NCBI GenBank assembly: GCA_033764955.1
Contig: JANRIL010000048.1
Span: 1 to 64,000 of the forward strand
Direction of reading: 5' to 3'
Source of the DNA: Cyanobacteriota bacterium
GTDB lineage: Bacteria > Cyanobacteriota > Cyanobacteriia > Thermostichales > Thermostichaceae
DNA length: 64,000 nt
Below the pieces are notes generated by a model. The model was not told where the DNA came from, ran no database searches, and saw only the letters and a list, made by a program, of their open reading frames with translations. A program made the translations under genes and the position numbers. Below, piece after piece: positions 12,887 through 23,708 of the stretch (position 1 is the first letter of the stretch; every line of letters begins with the position of its first letter).

Positions 12887-13246
12887 ATGCTTGATTCATC
12901 CCCCTCACCCCCTGCTTTCTCCCAGATCCTACGGGATCCCACTTCTTGTCACCTATCTCTCATGCCGCTATACCGAATTTTGGTGTGCAACCCCGATCAC
13001 GTAGAAAGTCAACTGCACACTCTGGCTCATCTGCTGGGTGGATCAGCGGAGAAAAGCCGCTATTATCCCCTCACCTCCGCCACCCTCGACTACAGCCTTG
13101 CCCTCGATCCGATGCTCAGCCGCCTTCCCCTCTCCCGCCCTACTCTGGTCAGTTTGCTTGAGCACAACCGCAGTGTCTTTTTGCTAGAGATCGTCACTGA
13201 TCAACCTCCCTCTGATCCTTCCCCAAATGGGTCTTTCCTCTCGTAG
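12887..13246 (+). CDS. Hypothetical protein
   Basis: ORF only; start uncertain. Confidence 0.35.
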   Translation: MLDSSPSPPAFSQILRDPTSCHLSLMPLYRILVCNPDHVESQLHTLAHLLGGSAEKSRYYPLTSATLDYSLALDPMLSRLPLSRPTLVSLLEHNRSVFLLEIVTDQPPSDPSPNGSFLS

Positions 13247-13425
13247 CCCCTCCAGAGCTATTGCTGAATCTCAATGTTTAACTGGGATCCCTACCCCACT
13301 CTGCCGTGCCGTCAGTGGGACAGCACCGCTTTTCTTGGCTCAATGGGGAGAAGCTCAAGAAATATATTGTTAATTAACGGTTAGCCACTCCTCCTTAACA
13401 AAAAGCTATCAGTCTAATTAAAAAT

Positions 13426-13441
13426 ATTGATTTTTGTCTAT
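13426..13441. promoter_or_regulatory. Candidate LysR-type (NdhR/CmpR/RbcR-like) site upstream of the ccm operon
   Basis: ATTG-N8-CTAT, one mismatch to ATAG-N8-CTAT, in the AT-rich ccmK upstream region. Confidence 0.3.
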
Positions 13442-13770
13442 GAGTCTCAGGGGATATTATTAACTTGTGCTTGATCAATGGCTGCTGAATCCATAGATAG
13501 TTAACTCTACTCAGGATGCCTTATCTAAGTACGTCGAAATACCTATGGAGAGTTAGTTGCCCACCATTATAGAAGCTATTTTTTAGGGTCTTGGCTAGCC
13601 ATTAACTCTCTTCACAAATAGAGCTTGAATAGAGCTTTTTGGGTTGTTGAACGTGAGTCCCGTTCTGGAAATAGCTGCCGATAAGATGGGGTATAACCAC
13701 CATTGGCATCGGAGATGGCTTGTCCTAACGAAATTTCGATGTTTTGTGATGTTCTATCTGGAGAAATACC

Positions 13771-14079
13771 ATGCCCATTGCTGTTGGAATGATCGAAACA
13801 AAGGGGTTTCCTGCTGTGGTGGAAGCCGCTGATGCGATGGTGAAAGCCGCCCGTGTGACCCTAGTGGGCTACGAAAAAATCGGGAGCGGTCGCGTCACTG
13901 TGATTGTGCGGGGGGATGTTTCAGAGGTGCAAGCCTCGGTAGCAGCGGGCGTAGAGTCTGCCAAGCGAGTAAATGGGGGAGAAATTTTATCCACTCATAT
14001 TATTGCTCGTCCCCACGAAAACCTAGAGTTTGTTTTGCCGATTCGTTATACCGAAGCTGTTGAACAATTCCGCAGCTAA
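13771..14079 (+). CDS. ccmK2: Carboxysome shell hexamer CcmK (K2-type, short C-terminus)
   Basis: [29 protein letters not shown]...[15 protein letters not shown]. Confidence 0.93.
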   Translation: MPIAVGMIETKGFPAVVEAADAMVKAARVTLVGYEKIGSGRVTVIVRGDVSEVQASVAAGVESAKRVNGGEILSTHIIARPHENLEFVLPIRYTEAVEQFRS

Positions 14080-14309
14080 CGGGTGTTGTAAATGATCATG
14101 GCAGATAGCTAAGCGATCTTGCTAACTCAGCAGCTAAGCAAAGTCAGCGTTCAGGGATCCCTCTCAACGGCTTGAAGCTGCTCGACTAACACTAATGTTG
14201 TGGATAAATGGGATCCCTGAGAGAGGATATTGATCCATCGTGCACCCCGCATGAACTCAACATCCCTCACCCTCATGAAGAATTTGTTTTTGACTTAGGA
14301 GCGATCACG

Positions 14310-14651
14310 ATGGCAATTGCAGTGGGCATGATTGAAACCCTAGGGTTTCCGGCGGTGGTGGAAGCCGCTGACGCGATGGTAAAAGCAGCTCGCGTTACCT
14401 TGGTGGGCTACGAAAAGATCAGTAGCGGTCGCGTGACCGTGATTGTGCGGGGGGATGTCTCGGAGGTGCAAGCTTCTGTGGCCGCCGGCATTGACTCCGT
14501 TAAGCGGGTGAATGGGGGGCAACTGTTGTCCTGGCACATCATTGCCCGTCCCCACGAAAACTTGGAGTATGTCCTGCCGATTCGCTATACGGAAGATGTG
14601 GCGCAATTCCGTGAAAGCGTCAACGCAATCCGTCCGTTTAACCGACCCTAA
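14310..14651 (+). CDS. ccmK1: Carboxysome shell hexamer CcmK (K1-type, extended C-terminus)
   Basis: [14 protein letters not shown]...; ATG at 14310 after TAGGAG; extra C-terminal tail [12 protein letters not shown]. Confidence 0.92.
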   Translation: MAIAVGMIETLGFPAVVEAADAMVKAARVTLVGYEKISSGRVTVIVRGDVSEVQASVAAGIDSVKRVNGGQLLSWHIIARPHENLEYVLPIRYTEDVAQFRESVNAIRPFNRP

Positions 14652-14953
14652 TGCGGATCGGGATTGTCCGTGGCACGGTGGTGAGCACCCAAAAAGACCC
14701 CAGTCTGACCGGAGTCAAGTTTTTGCTGGTGCAATATCTGGATCAGGAGGGGCAACCCACCCCGGATCACGAGGTGGCAGCAGATCCAGTGGGTGCCGGT
14801 ATCGAAGAGTGGGTCTTGGTCAGTCGTGGCAGTGCCGCCCGTCAGCCCCAAGGCAATGACAAACGCCCTCTCGATGCAGTGGTGATAGCCATCATTGATA
14901 CCGTCAGTCTGGGTGGGGGATCCCTTTACAGTAAGCGGGATCAGTTTCGCTAG
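14651..14953 (+). CDS. ccmL: Carboxysome vertex pentamer
   Basis: [50 protein letters not shown] coupling with ccmK1. Confidence 0.95.
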   Translation: MRIGIVRGTVVSTQKDPSLTGVKFLLVQYLDQEGQPTPDHEVAADPVGAGIEEWVLVSRGSAARQPQGNDKRPLDAVVIAIIDTVSLGGGSLYSKRDQFR

Positions 14954-15108
14954 TTCAGAGCCTGCCCCTCGTTTTCCCCCATAGCCTGCCTCATTTGTCG
15001 TGGATCCCCCTCACCCTTGGATCCTTAAAAGTTGTCTGTAATTCCCCTAGATAAATCCCTCTAGAATCCGCCCAATTTTAGCGCTGCTGTTGTTGGAGAA
15101 CCCTGTTT

Positions 15109-17115
15109 ATGGCTGTGGATAGCCGTCCTGCCCCCCCCACCCCTTGGTCTCATGATCTGGCCGAACCGCAAATTCATGAGACGGCTTATGTTCACTCGTT
15201 TTCTAACATTATTGGGGATGTTTACATTGGCCCAAATGTGCTGATTGCTCCGGGCACCTCGATTCGGGCGGACGAGGGACATCCCTTTCACATTGGGGGT
15301 GGCACCAACGTTCAGGATGGCGTGGTCATTCATGGTCTTGAGCAAGGGCGAGTCAAGGGAGATGACCAGGAACAATACTCAGTCTGGATCGGCAGCGATA
15401 CCTCAATTGCCCACATGGCACTGATTCATGGCCCAGCCTATGTCGGCGATGACTGTTTTATTGGGTTTCGCTCCACAGTTTTTAACGCCAGGGTGGGCAA
15501 GGGCTGCATCGTCATGATGCATGTTTTGATCCAAGATGTGGAAATTCCCCCCGGCAAATATATTGCCTCTGGAACCATCATTACCAACCAAGAGGAGGCC
15601 GATCGTCTCCCCGACGTGCAAGACAGTGATGCTCAATTTGCCGAGCATGTGGTTCGCATCAACGATGCCCTACGACAGGGCTATCACTGTGCCAAAGATC
15701 TGGTCTGCATCACCCCGATTCGCAATGAGCTTCAGCAAGCTTCTTCAGGACACCCGCAGGTAAGTTCTATGAATTATCCTTCCAATGGTAACGGCAACAC
15801 CCACGCTTCCGGTTTAAGTGGTGAGGTTCGGGAACAAATTCGTCAGCTTTTGGCGCAGGGCTATCGCATCGGCACCGAACATGCCGATGAGCGGCGTTTC
15901 CGCACCAGTTCGTGGAAGAGTGGGGCAGCCATTTCCGGTCATCGTGAGGCGGAGGTGATCGGGGCACTGCAATCAGCTCTCTCGGAATATGCGGGAGAGT
16001 ATGTGCGCTTGATCGGCATCGATCCCAAAGCCAAGCGGCGGGTGCTGGAGCAAATCATTCAATCCCCAGGGGATCCCCCCCCCAACACTTCTGGCGTCGT
16101 GGAGTTTTCCCTGGCTCCCTCTCCTCCGGCGGCTCCCGTCCGATCCTCTGGCGCAGCGGCAGCAAGTGGCGCAACCTGGACGGAGCAAGTGGCGCATTTG
16201 TTAAACCAAGGGTATCGGGTTGGCTTAGAATACGCCGATGAACGGCACTTCCGCCGCAGTTCTTGGCAGAGTGTGTCCGGCATCCCCAGCCAGGGAGCTA
16301 ACCCAGTGATTGCAGCCATTCAGGGTGTTTTGGCGGATCAACAGGGATCCTACGTGCGGTTGATCGGCATCGACTCCCAGCGCAAGCAGCGGGTCTTGGA
16401 ACAAATCATTCAAACCCCCGCTGGAGCAGTGCAGACAACGGTCTCCAGTAAAGTCGGGATGCCGACAGCTCCCTCAGGCAGCACTGGTGGGACAAGCAGC
16501 AGTGGATTGGCCGATCAGGTGCAACGTTTGCTGGCTCAGGGCTATCGGATTGGCCTGGAATACGCCGATGAGCGGCATTTCCGCACCAGTTCCTGGAAGA
16601 GTGCCCCCATTATCTCCTCAGATCGCGTCGCAGATATTTTAGGGGGGATCCAGGCTCTCCTCGCCGAACACAGCGGGGAGTACGTGCGGCTGATTGGGAT
16701 TGATCCGAAGGCCAAGCGGCGAGTTTTAGAACAAACCCTGCAAACCCCCAGTGGGGCGGCGGCGGTGGCTAGCGGGGGATCCAGTGCCCCCTCCTCCGAC
16801 CCTGCTCCTTTTGCCAGTAGTTCCAGTTTTGCTGCCGCCAGTGCTGCTAGTCTGCCGCCGGCGGTGATCAGCCAAGTTCAACAACTGTTAGCGCAGGGCT
16901 ACCGCATCGGCACCGAACACGCCAACGAACGACGTTTCCGCACGAGTTCCTGGACAAGCTGTGCGCCGATTGAGTCCACTCGTGAACCAGAAGTGTTGGC
17001 CGCCTTAGCCGCTTGTTTGGCGGAACACCAAGGGGAATATGTACGGCTATTGGGCATTGATACCAAAGCCAAGCGACGGGTGCTGGAGCAGGTGATTCAA
17101 ACCCCCAGTCGCTAA
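15109..17115 (+). CDS. ccmM: Carboxysome protein CcmM (gamma-CA domain plus four RbcS-like domains)
   Basis: APPTPWS..LAEP, SIRADEG and [14 protein letters not shown] motifs, then four LLxQGYR.G.E.ADER.FR.SSW...[18 protein letters not shown] repeats. Confidence 0.97.
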   Translation: MAVDSRPAPPTPWSHDLAEPQIHETAYVHSFSNIIGDVYIGPNVLIAPGTSIRADEGHPFHIGGGTNVQDGVVIHGLEQGRVKGDDQEQYSVWIGSDTSIAHMALIHGPAYVGDDCFIGFRSTVFNARVGKGCIVMMHVLIQDVEIPPGKYIASGTIITNQEEADRLPDVQDSDAQFAEHVVRINDALRQGYHCAKDLVCITPIRNELQQASSGHPQVSSMNYPSNGNGNTHASGLSGEVREQIRQLLAQGYRIGTEHADERRFRTSSWKSGAAISGHREAEVIGALQSALSEYAGEYVRLIGIDPKAKRRVLEQIIQSPGDPPPNTSGVVEFSLAPSPPAAPVRSSGAAAASGATWTEQVAHLLNQGYRVGLEYADERHFRRSSWQSVSGIPSQGANPVIAAIQGVLADQQGSYVRLIGIDSQRKQRVLEQIIQTPAGAVQTTVSSKVGMPTAPSGSTGGTSSSGLADQVQRLLAQGYRIGLEYADERHFRTSSWKSAPIISSDRVADILGGIQALLAEHSGEYVRLIGIDPKAKRRVLEQTLQTPSGAAAVASGGSSAPSSDPAPFASSSSFAAASAASLPPAVISQVQQLLAQGYRIGTEHANERRFRTSSWTSCAPIESTREPEVLAALAACLAEHQGEYVRLLGIDTKAKRRVLEQVIQTPSR

Positions 17116-17196
17116 CGGCTTGTTGATCGGCTGTTTTCCCCACCCTATCTGACCGAAGATCTCGCAAAACTTTCATACCTATCCTTTGCCAGATCG

Positions 17197-17790
17197 ATGC
17201 TTAGCTCGGAGCCTTCCATGTCCATGTATCTGCCCGCATCCGATCCGTTGAGTGATTCCTGTTACTTCATGAGCGGTGATGTACGGATTGCCCCCGGTGT
17301 TGGCATTGCCCCTGGTGTGTTGTTGCAGGCGGATCCCGATAGTTACATCGAGATTGCGGCTGGGGTCTGCATTGGGATGGGATCCATTCTGCACGCCCAT
17401 GCCGGATCCTTAGTCATTGAGGGCGGTGCAACTTTAGGCACCGGGGTTCTCTTGATTGGCCGTGGTCATGTGGGATCCCATGCTTGCATTGGTTCCTCCT
17501 CAACCATCTGGAATGCTTCGGTGTTACCCGCCCAGGTTGTCCCCCCCGGTTCGATGGTCGGGGATGGCAGCCGTCCTAGCCCTGAAACGAGTACGGATCC
17601 CCCGGCTAAGCCTCTGCCCGTCTCTCCCGTTGCCCAAGTGGAGCGGATCTCCAACGACCCCCCTCCACCCGCCCCCAAATCTACCTCCCATGTGTTAGGA
17701 CAGGCACAGTTGAATCGGTTACTCTCCAAAATCTACCCCTTCCGTCAGCAACTCGGGCTGAACGAACAGGATGGGATCCCCGATCTCTGA
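17197..17790 (+). CDS. ccmN: Carboxysome assembly protein CcmN
   Basis: Hexapeptide beta-helix (GDVRIAPGVGIAPGVLLQA), Pro-rich linker, VLGQAQLNRLLSKIYP encapsulation peptide; operon position. Confidence 0.92.
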   Translation: MLSSEPSMSMYLPASDPLSDSCYFMSGDVRIAPGVGIAPGVLLQADPDSYIEIAAGVCIGMGSILHAHAGSLVIEGGATLGTGVLLIGRGHVGSHACIGSSSTIWNASVLPAQVVPPGSMVGDGSRPSPETSTDPPAKPLPVSPVAQVERISNDPPPPAPKSTSHVLGQAQLNRLLSKIYPFRQQLGLNEQDGIPDL

Positions 17791-17832
17791 GGAACCGACC
17801 CAGACATTCCTTTTTGGAACAGGTAAGCGGAC

Positions 17833-18537
17833 ATGGAAACTTCCCTAGGCTTAATCGAAACCCGAAGCTTTCCGGTCATCGTCAGAATTGCGGACGTCAT
17901 GCTCAAATCCTCTGGGGTAAGCCTGATTGGATTCGAGAAAATCTCCGGTGGCCACTGTACCGCCGTGGTGCGGGGGGGCGTAGCGGATGTACGAATTGCC
18001 ATTGAAGAAGGGATTGAGGTTGCCAAACGGGAATTTGACCTGCCCATCTCCTCGTTGGTCATCCCGCGCCCCCTAGCCAACCTGGAAGCCGTCTTGCCCA
18101 TCAGCAACCGCCTCTCCGATCTGGCTCAAGTGCGAGGATACAGCCGCGTCAGCAGACAGGCGGTAGGGCTGTTGGAAACCCGTGGCTTTCCGGCGATGGT
18201 GGGGGGATGTGACATCATGCTCAAAACCGCCGAGGTGGATCTGGTGGCCTACGAAACCATCGGCGATGGTCTATGCACGGCGGTGATTCGCGGTTCGGTG
18301 GCGAATGTCGGGATTGCTATTGAAGCGGGTATGTATGAAGCCACCCGCATCGGAGAACTGCACGCGGTGGCGATCATTCCCCGTCCCCTCGAGGATCTGG
18401 AGCAAGCGCTACCCGTCGCCAGTTGCTTTATTGCGGCTCCAGTGGCTCTGCCAATCGCTATTCCTCAGGCGACAACCCAGGAGGTGCGGCGTTCCGAGGC
18501 GGAAGGGATCCCGGTCTATATCGAAGAGCGCCCTTAA
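17833..18537 (+). CDS. ccmO: Carboxysome tandem-BMC shell protein CcmO
   Basis: Two BMC domains (LGLIETRSFP..ADVMLKS; AVGLLETRGFPAMVG); follows ccmN. Confidence 0.92.
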   Translation: METSLGLIETRSFPVIVRIADVMLKSSGVSLIGFEKISGGHCTAVVRGGVADVRIAIEEGIEVAKREFDLPISSLVIPRPLANLEAVLPISNRLSDLAQVRGYSRVSRQAVGLLETRGFPAMVGGCDIMLKTAEVDLVAYETIGDGLCTAVIRGSVANVGIAIEAGMYEATRIGELHAVAIIPRPLEDLEQALPVASCFIAAPVALPIAIPQATTQEVRRSEAEGIPVYIEERP

Positions 18538-18607
18538 CCCTGAGAATTAACGCTGGTAGTCCTATTCCAGTAATGGCTATGAAATAGGAAGGTAGGCTAC
18601 AGACCTA

Positions 18608-18666
18608 GCTTATTGAGAATAGGCAGATGGAATGGGGGTTATAGGCTTCGTTCATTCTCAATAAGC
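18608..18666. repeat. 13-bp perfect inverted repeat with a 33-nt spacer
   Basis: GCTTATTGAGAAT (18608-18620) and ATTCTCAATAAGC (18654-18666). Confidence 0.85.
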
Positions 18667-18749
18667 ATCCTGATGAATTTATCAGCATTACCTCTAGGGC
18701 ACTACCCACTCACAGACCTTTTAGGGATAGTCATTGCTGAGTGTAGGGG

Positions 18750-18932
18750 GATTTAGAGCAAGGATCAGCGATTACAGTCGAACCGAGCCGTATCCGTATT
18801 CGCCGTTTGCCGTTGGTGCCAGATGTCCAACAATTCGTTTGGAGCGGACTGGTGAAAGATCCTGGTGTTGAGTTCAAGGTTCTTTGCAGCCGCACACCTT
18901 CAGCGTTATCGAATTGATAACAGACTCCAGAC
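18750..18932 (-). ncRNA. ssaA: Probable 6S RNA (6Sa/SsaA)
   Basis: Minus strand contains AACGCTGAAGGTG..CTGCAAAGAACCTTGAACTCAACACCAGGATC..AACGGCAAACGG..TTCGACTGTAA, matching my recollection of cyanobacterial 6S. It folds by hand into an ~180-nt rod with a central bubble (ends UGGAGU/GCUCUA, terminal stem CCAG-UCCG/UGGA-CUGG). A TAGTCT -10-like box lies at 18943-18938. Ends approximate. Confidence 0.75.
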
Positions 18933-19009
18933 TTGCCAGACTAAATGAACCCGAAAATTCGGGATCCCTCGGTCATGATGAAAACAGGAAGCCTCCTGGA
19001 TCCCTCCCC

Positions 19010-20389
19010 ATGTACCACCCTACCGCCCTTGCCGATACAATTGCGGCGATTGCCACCGCCGTAGTGCCCGCCCAAGGCAGCATTGGGATTGTCCGCCTAT
19101 CCGGTAGCCAAGCCCTGCCGATTGCCCAACAGGTTTTTCTTCCCCAGGGATCCCCAATTTGGCAAAGTCACCGTGTGATCTATGGCTGGATTCGAGATAG
19201 CCAGGGACGGCGGATTGACGAAGCTCTTTTGATTTGGATGCAGGCTCCCCGCTCCTACACCCGTGAAGATGTCGTGGAGTTGCACTGCCACGGGGGAATC
19301 ATGGCCGTACAGGGGACGCTTCAGGCTTGCCTAGCCCACGGATGCCGACTGGCTCAGCCGGGAGAATTTACTCTACGGGCTTTTTTGCATGGACGCTTGG
19401 ATCTGACCCAGGCGGAGAGCATCCACGATTTGATTGGATCGGCTTCTCCGCAGGCGGCTGAGATGGCGGTAGCGGGCTTACAGGGGAAATTAGCCCAACC
19501 GATTCGGCAACTGCGCCAAAGGGCAATTGGGTTGCTGGCGGAGATCGAAGCCCGTATTGACTTTGCCGAGGATCTACCTCCTCTGGATATCTCAGCTTGG
19601 TGGGCGCAACTTGAGGAGATACAAGCGGAAATTAGACAGCTTTTGGCCACCGCCCCCCACGGAGAGCTGCTGCGAACAGGACTCAAGGTGGCGATTGTGG
19701 GTCGCCCCAATGTGGGCAAATCTAGCCTCCTCAATGCCTGGAGCGGTCAAGATCGGGCAATTGTTACCGATCTACCGGGTACAACCCGTGATGTGGTGGA
19801 ATCCCAGCTCGTTGTGCACGGGATCCCGGTGCAACTGCTGGATACTGCCGGCATCCGCGCTAGCTCAGATCCGGTGGAACGGCTGGGGGTGGAACGCAGC
19901 CAACGGCTGGCTCAAACCGCTGATCTGTTGATTTTTGTGGTGGAGGCACCCACTGGCTGGACGGAGGATGATCAAACCATTTTTGCCACGATCCAAGCCC
20001 GTCCCTTGCTGGTTGTGGTCAACAAGGTGGATCAAGTTCCTCTTGATCAGGTGGTGCTACCGCAGGGGATCCCCCCGCCCATCGGGGCGATAGCGTCGCA
20101 GGGCATTGGCATTAGGGAGTTAGAAACTGCTATTCAGGAGATGGCCTATCAGGGAAAGATTGCGCCCACGGATAAATCGGTCACCATCAACCAACGGCAT
20201 CAAGCCATCTTGTTCCGTGCTCAAGCCAGCCTGCAACAGGTGGAGGAGGCTATTCAGCAGGATCTTCCTTTTGATTTTTGGACGATTGATCTACGGACTG
20301 CTATTCACGCCCTCGGCGAAATCACCGGAGATGAGGTGAATGAGTCGGTTTTGGATCACATTTTTAGTCGGTTTTGTATCGGGAAATAG
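19010..20389 (+). CDS. mnmE: tRNA modification GTPase MnmE/TrmE
   Basis: [30 protein letters not shown] and FSRFCIGK motifs; ATG 19010 preferred. Confidence 0.96.
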   Translation: MYHPTALADTIAAIATAVVPAQGSIGIVRLSGSQALPIAQQVFLPQGSPIWQSHRVIYGWIRDSQGRRIDEALLIWMQAPRSYTREDVVELHCHGGIMAVQGTLQACLAHGCRLAQPGEFTLRAFLHGRLDLTQAESIHDLIGSASPQAAEMAVAGLQGKLAQPIRQLRQRAIGLLAEIEARIDFAEDLPPLDISAWWAQLEEIQAEIRQLLATAPHGELLRTGLKVAIVGRPNVGKSSLLNAWSGQDRAIVTDLPGTTRDVVESQLVVHGIPVQLLDTAGIRASSDPVERLGVERSQRLAQTADLLIFVVEAPTGWTEDDQTIFATIQARPLLVVVNKVDQVPLDQVVLPQGIPPPIGAIASQGIGIRELETAIQEMAYQGKIAPTDKSVTINQRHQAILFRAQASLQQVEEAIQQDLPFDFWTIDLRTAIHALGEITGDEVNESVLDHIFSRFCIGK

Positions 20390-20468
20390 GCTATGGCCGC
20401 CCCCGCCCAGGCAGCGCGGCAAAAATCTGCCATGCTAGCAGGAGTCTTGCTTGTGTTTGACGGGGTTT

Positions 20469-23120
20469 ATGTCCACCTCTTCCTCCGATCGGCCCACCGC
20501 TGCCACCCCGGATCCGGCTCACGATTGGGATCCCTTACGCATCGACCGCCAACTCTTGACGCCGATGATGCAGCATTACCTCGATCTGAAGCGGCAATAT
20601 CCCCACGCCATTTTGATGTATCGCCTGGGGGATTTCTACGAGACGTTTTTTCAAGATGCCTATACCGTCTCGCGGGAACTGGAGCTGACCCTAACGGGGC
20701 GGGAGGCGGGGGCGGTGGGGCGAGTGCCGATGGCGGGAGTGCCTCACCATGCCTTTGAGCGCTACGGATCCCAACTGGTGGCGAAGGGCTATGCAATTGC
20801 TGTCTGTGACCAGATGGAACCCGCTGACCAAGCCAAAGGATTAGTGCGGCGAGAAGTGACACGGGTGATCACCCCCGGCACGGTTTTGGAAGAGGGGTTA
20901 TTGTCCGCCCAGCAGAATAACTATCTGGTTGCCCTGGTTCTCCTCCCCCAGAACCCTACCTCCCCCAACGCCCTAGAATGGGGACTGGCCTACACCGACA
21001 TTTCCACCGGGGAATTTGGGCTAACCCAACAGTGCCAACAGGATCGGTTGATCCAAGAACTGACCCGCCTCAATCCCTCCGAGATTCTGCTGCCCGTGGA
21101 TGAAGTCACCCACCTGCGGCTGTTGCGCCCCCACGAAAAGGGATCCCCTCTGCCCGCCGATCTGCCCGATCACTTTGGCTATACCCTCTGCCGCCAACAA
21201 CCCTTTGCCCTCAGCGAAGCCCGTACCACCCTTCTGCAAACCTTTCGCCTGCGCTCCCTAGAGGGATTGGGGTGTAGCGGGATGCCCTTAGGGGTGCGGG
21301 CGGCGGGGGGATTGCTGACCTATCTGGGGGAAACCCAAAAAGGGATGGATCTACACCTGCAACTGCCCCACGCCTATCAACTCACTGATTATTTAATTTT
21401 GGATCCCGCCACCCGCCGCAATCTGGAACTCACCCAAACGGTGCGGGATGGCACCCTCCAGGGATCCCTGCTCTGGGCGCTGGATCGCACCCAAACGGCG
21501 ATGGGGGGACGCGCCCTCCGCCGCTGGCTGTTACAACCGCTTTTGGATCCCACACCGATTCGGCAACGGCAGGCGGCTGTGGCGGAACTGGCAGGCAACG
21601 GGGAACGGCGCAGTCAACTGCAAAAGCTCTTGGAAGCGGTGTATGACCTAGAACGGCTGGCCGGACGCGCCGGATCGGGAACCGCCAATGCCCGCGATCT
21701 GTTAGGGCTGGGATTATCGCTGGCCAAATTGCCGCGGCTTGCCCAGATCTTGAGTGACGCTACTTCAGATCTGTTGCAACCCCTGCAAGAGGTGGATCCG
21801 CAACTGGAGCAACTGAGTCAGATCATTCAACAAACTCTTGTCCCTACTCCCCCCCTCATCGTCACAGAAGGGGGATTGATTCAGGCAGGGGTGGATAAGG
21901 CATTGGATCACCTGCGCCAGCAAGTGGAACAGGATCGGCAATGGATTGCCAATCTGGAAAAAATCGAACGACAACGCACACAAATTTCGACGTTAAAAGT
22001 AGGCTTTACCAAAGCTTTTGGTTATTATTTGAGCATTAGTCGGGCAAAAGCAGGACAAGTACCAGACGATTATATTCGCAAGCAAACTCTCACCAACGAA
22101 GAGCGCTACATCACTCCCGAATTGAAAGAACGAGAAGCCCGTATCCTCAATGCTCAAACCGATCTCAATCAACGGGAGTACGAAGTCTTTTTGCAATTGC
22201 GTCAAAACGTGGGATCCCACGCCGACCAAATCCGTATGATTGCCCAATCGATTGCAACAATTGATGTGTTAGCAGGCTTAGCAGAAGTAGCTGTTTATCG
22301 TCAGTATTGCTGTCCTGAGATCACGACCGATCGCACCCTCAATATCGTCAATGGACGACATCCTGTAGTCGAACAATCTCTGCCAACGGGTTTATTTGTC
22401 CCCAATTCAGTTACCTTAGGAACCCCACAATCCGCAGACTTGATGGTCTTAACCGGTCCCAATATGTCTGGCAAATCTACTTATATTCGGCAAATCGGGC
22501 TGATCCAAATTATGGCGCAGATGGGCAGTTATGTTCCTGCCAAGTTTGCCGAACTGGGTATTTGTGATCGCGTGTTTACCAGGGTGGGAGCTGTGGATGA
22601 TTTAGCTACAGGGCAGTCAACCTTTATGGTTGAGATGAATGAAACTGCCAATATTTTGCATCATGCTACCTCTCGATCCTTAGTTCTATTGGATGAGATT
22701 GGGCGTGGTACGGCTACCTTTGATGGCCTTTCGATTGCCTGGTCTGTGGCTGAATATCTAGCCCAACAGATTCAAAGTCGTACTATTTTTGCCACCCACT
22801 ATCATGAGATGAATCAACTGGCAGCAATCCTCCCCAATGTGGTGAACTGTCAGGTGGTTGTTAAAGAGATTGAGGATGACATTGTGTTTTTACATCAGGT
22901 ACAAATGGGGGGATCCGACCGCTCCTATGGCATCGAAGTGGGGCGCATGGCCGGATTACCCCCTCTGGTGATTGAGCGGGCGCGCCAAGTGCTGAAACAA
23001 GTCGAGAAGCATAGTCGCATTGCTCTGGGATTACGCTCTCCAATCCTCTCCCACTCCAGCCAGGAGGGGATCCCTGCTCCTGCCGATCAATTGGGTTTGT
23101 TTGGTGATCATCAAGGCTAG
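20469..23120 (+). CDS. mutS: DNA mismatch repair protein MutS
   Basis: [38 protein letters not shown] and FATHYHE motifs. Confidence 0.97.
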   Translation: MSTSSSDRPTAATPDPAHDWDPLRIDRQLLTPMMQHYLDLKRQYPHAILMYRLGDFYETFFQDAYTVSRELELTLTGREAGAVGRVPMAGVPHHAFERYGSQLVAKGYAIAVCDQMEPADQAKGLVRREVTRVITPGTVLEEGLLSAQQNNYLVALVLLPQNPTSPNALEWGLAYTDISTGEFGLTQQCQQDRLIQELTRLNPSEILLPVDEVTHLRLLRPHEKGSPLPADLPDHFGYTLCRQQPFALSEARTTLLQTFRLRSLEGLGCSGMPLGVRAAGGLLTYLGETQKGMDLHLQLPHAYQLTDYLILDPATRRNLELTQTVRDGTLQGSLLWALDRTQTAMGGRALRRWLLQPLLDPTPIRQRQAAVAELAGNGERRSQLQKLLEAVYDLERLAGRAGSGTANARDLLGLGLSLAKLPRLAQILSDATSDLLQPLQEVDPQLEQLSQIIQQTLVPTPPLIVTEGGLIQAGVDKALDHLRQQVEQDRQWIANLEKIERQRTQISTLKVGFTKAFGYYLSISRAKAGQVPDDYIRKQTLTNEERYITPELKEREARILNAQTDLNQREYEVFLQLRQNVGSHADQIRMIAQSIATIDVLAGLAEVAVYRQYCCPEITTDRTLNIVNGRHPVVEQSLPTGLFVPNSVTLGTPQSADLMVLTGPNMSGKSTYIRQIGLIQIMAQMGSYVPAKFAELGICDRVFTRVGAVDDLATGQSTFMVEMNETANILHHATSRSLVLLDEIGRGTATFDGLSIAWSVAEYLAQQIQSRTIFATHYHEMNQLAAILPNVVNCQVVVKEIEDDIVFLHQVQMGGSDRSYGIEVGRMAGLPPLVIERARQVLKQVEKHSRIALGLRSPILSHSSQEGIPAPADQLGLFGDHQG

Positions 23121-23188
23121 TGCCTAAGCGATGAATAGCTGGTAGAAAATTTCTGGATAGACAAGACGCTGTTTTTCAGATCACCCCT

Positions 23189-23641
23189 TTGACTCCCCAC
23201 ACCACCTGGATGCAACTGGCGCTTGAACAGGCTCGCTTGGCGGGCGCAGATGGGGAGATCCCCGTGGGATGCGTGATCATCACCGACAACGATCACGTGG
23301 TGGCTATTGCCGCCAACCGGCGCGAACGGGATCACGATCCCACCGCCCATGCCGAAATCTTGGCTCTGAGAGCAGCGGGGGCTAGCCTGGGGCGTTGGCA
23401 ACTGAGCGGCTGTCGGTTGTATGTAACCCTAGAACCCTGCCCGATGTGTGCGGCGGCTCTCTCCCAAGCCCGTCTCGATCAGGTGATTTATGGAGCCGAT
23501 GATCCCAAAACGGGATCCCTACGCAGTGTCCTCAATCTGCCAGCTAGTCCGGCTCTCTTTCATCAACCCCTGGTGATGGGGGGCATCCTGGAGGCGGAGT
23601 GCCGGCAACTGCTGCAAGACTGGTTTCGGGAACGACGCTGA
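23189..23641 (+). CDS. tadA: tRNA adenosine(34) deaminase
   Basis: GEIPVG, PTAHAEILALR and TLEPCPMC motifs. Confidence 0.92.
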   Translation: MTPHTTWMQLALEQARLAGADGEIPVGCVIITDNDHVVAIAANRRERDHDPTAHAEILALRAAGASLGRWQLSGCRLYVTLEPCPMCAAALSQARLDQVIYGADDPKTGSLRSVLNLPASPALFHQPLVMGGILEAECRQLLQDWFRERR

Positions 23642-23708
23642 ACAATCGTAGGGGGATAATGTGCCCAAAACCAAGCTAGGCAAAGATTGCCCACCCCTGA
23701 CCAGATCC

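Noticed and set aside
15830..17110. Four long DNA repeats
   Set aside because: Explained by the RbcS-like domains of CcmM.
18884..19009. N-terminal extension of MnmE
   Set aside because: It overlaps the putative 6S gene and promoter; MnmE similarity starts near ATG 19010.
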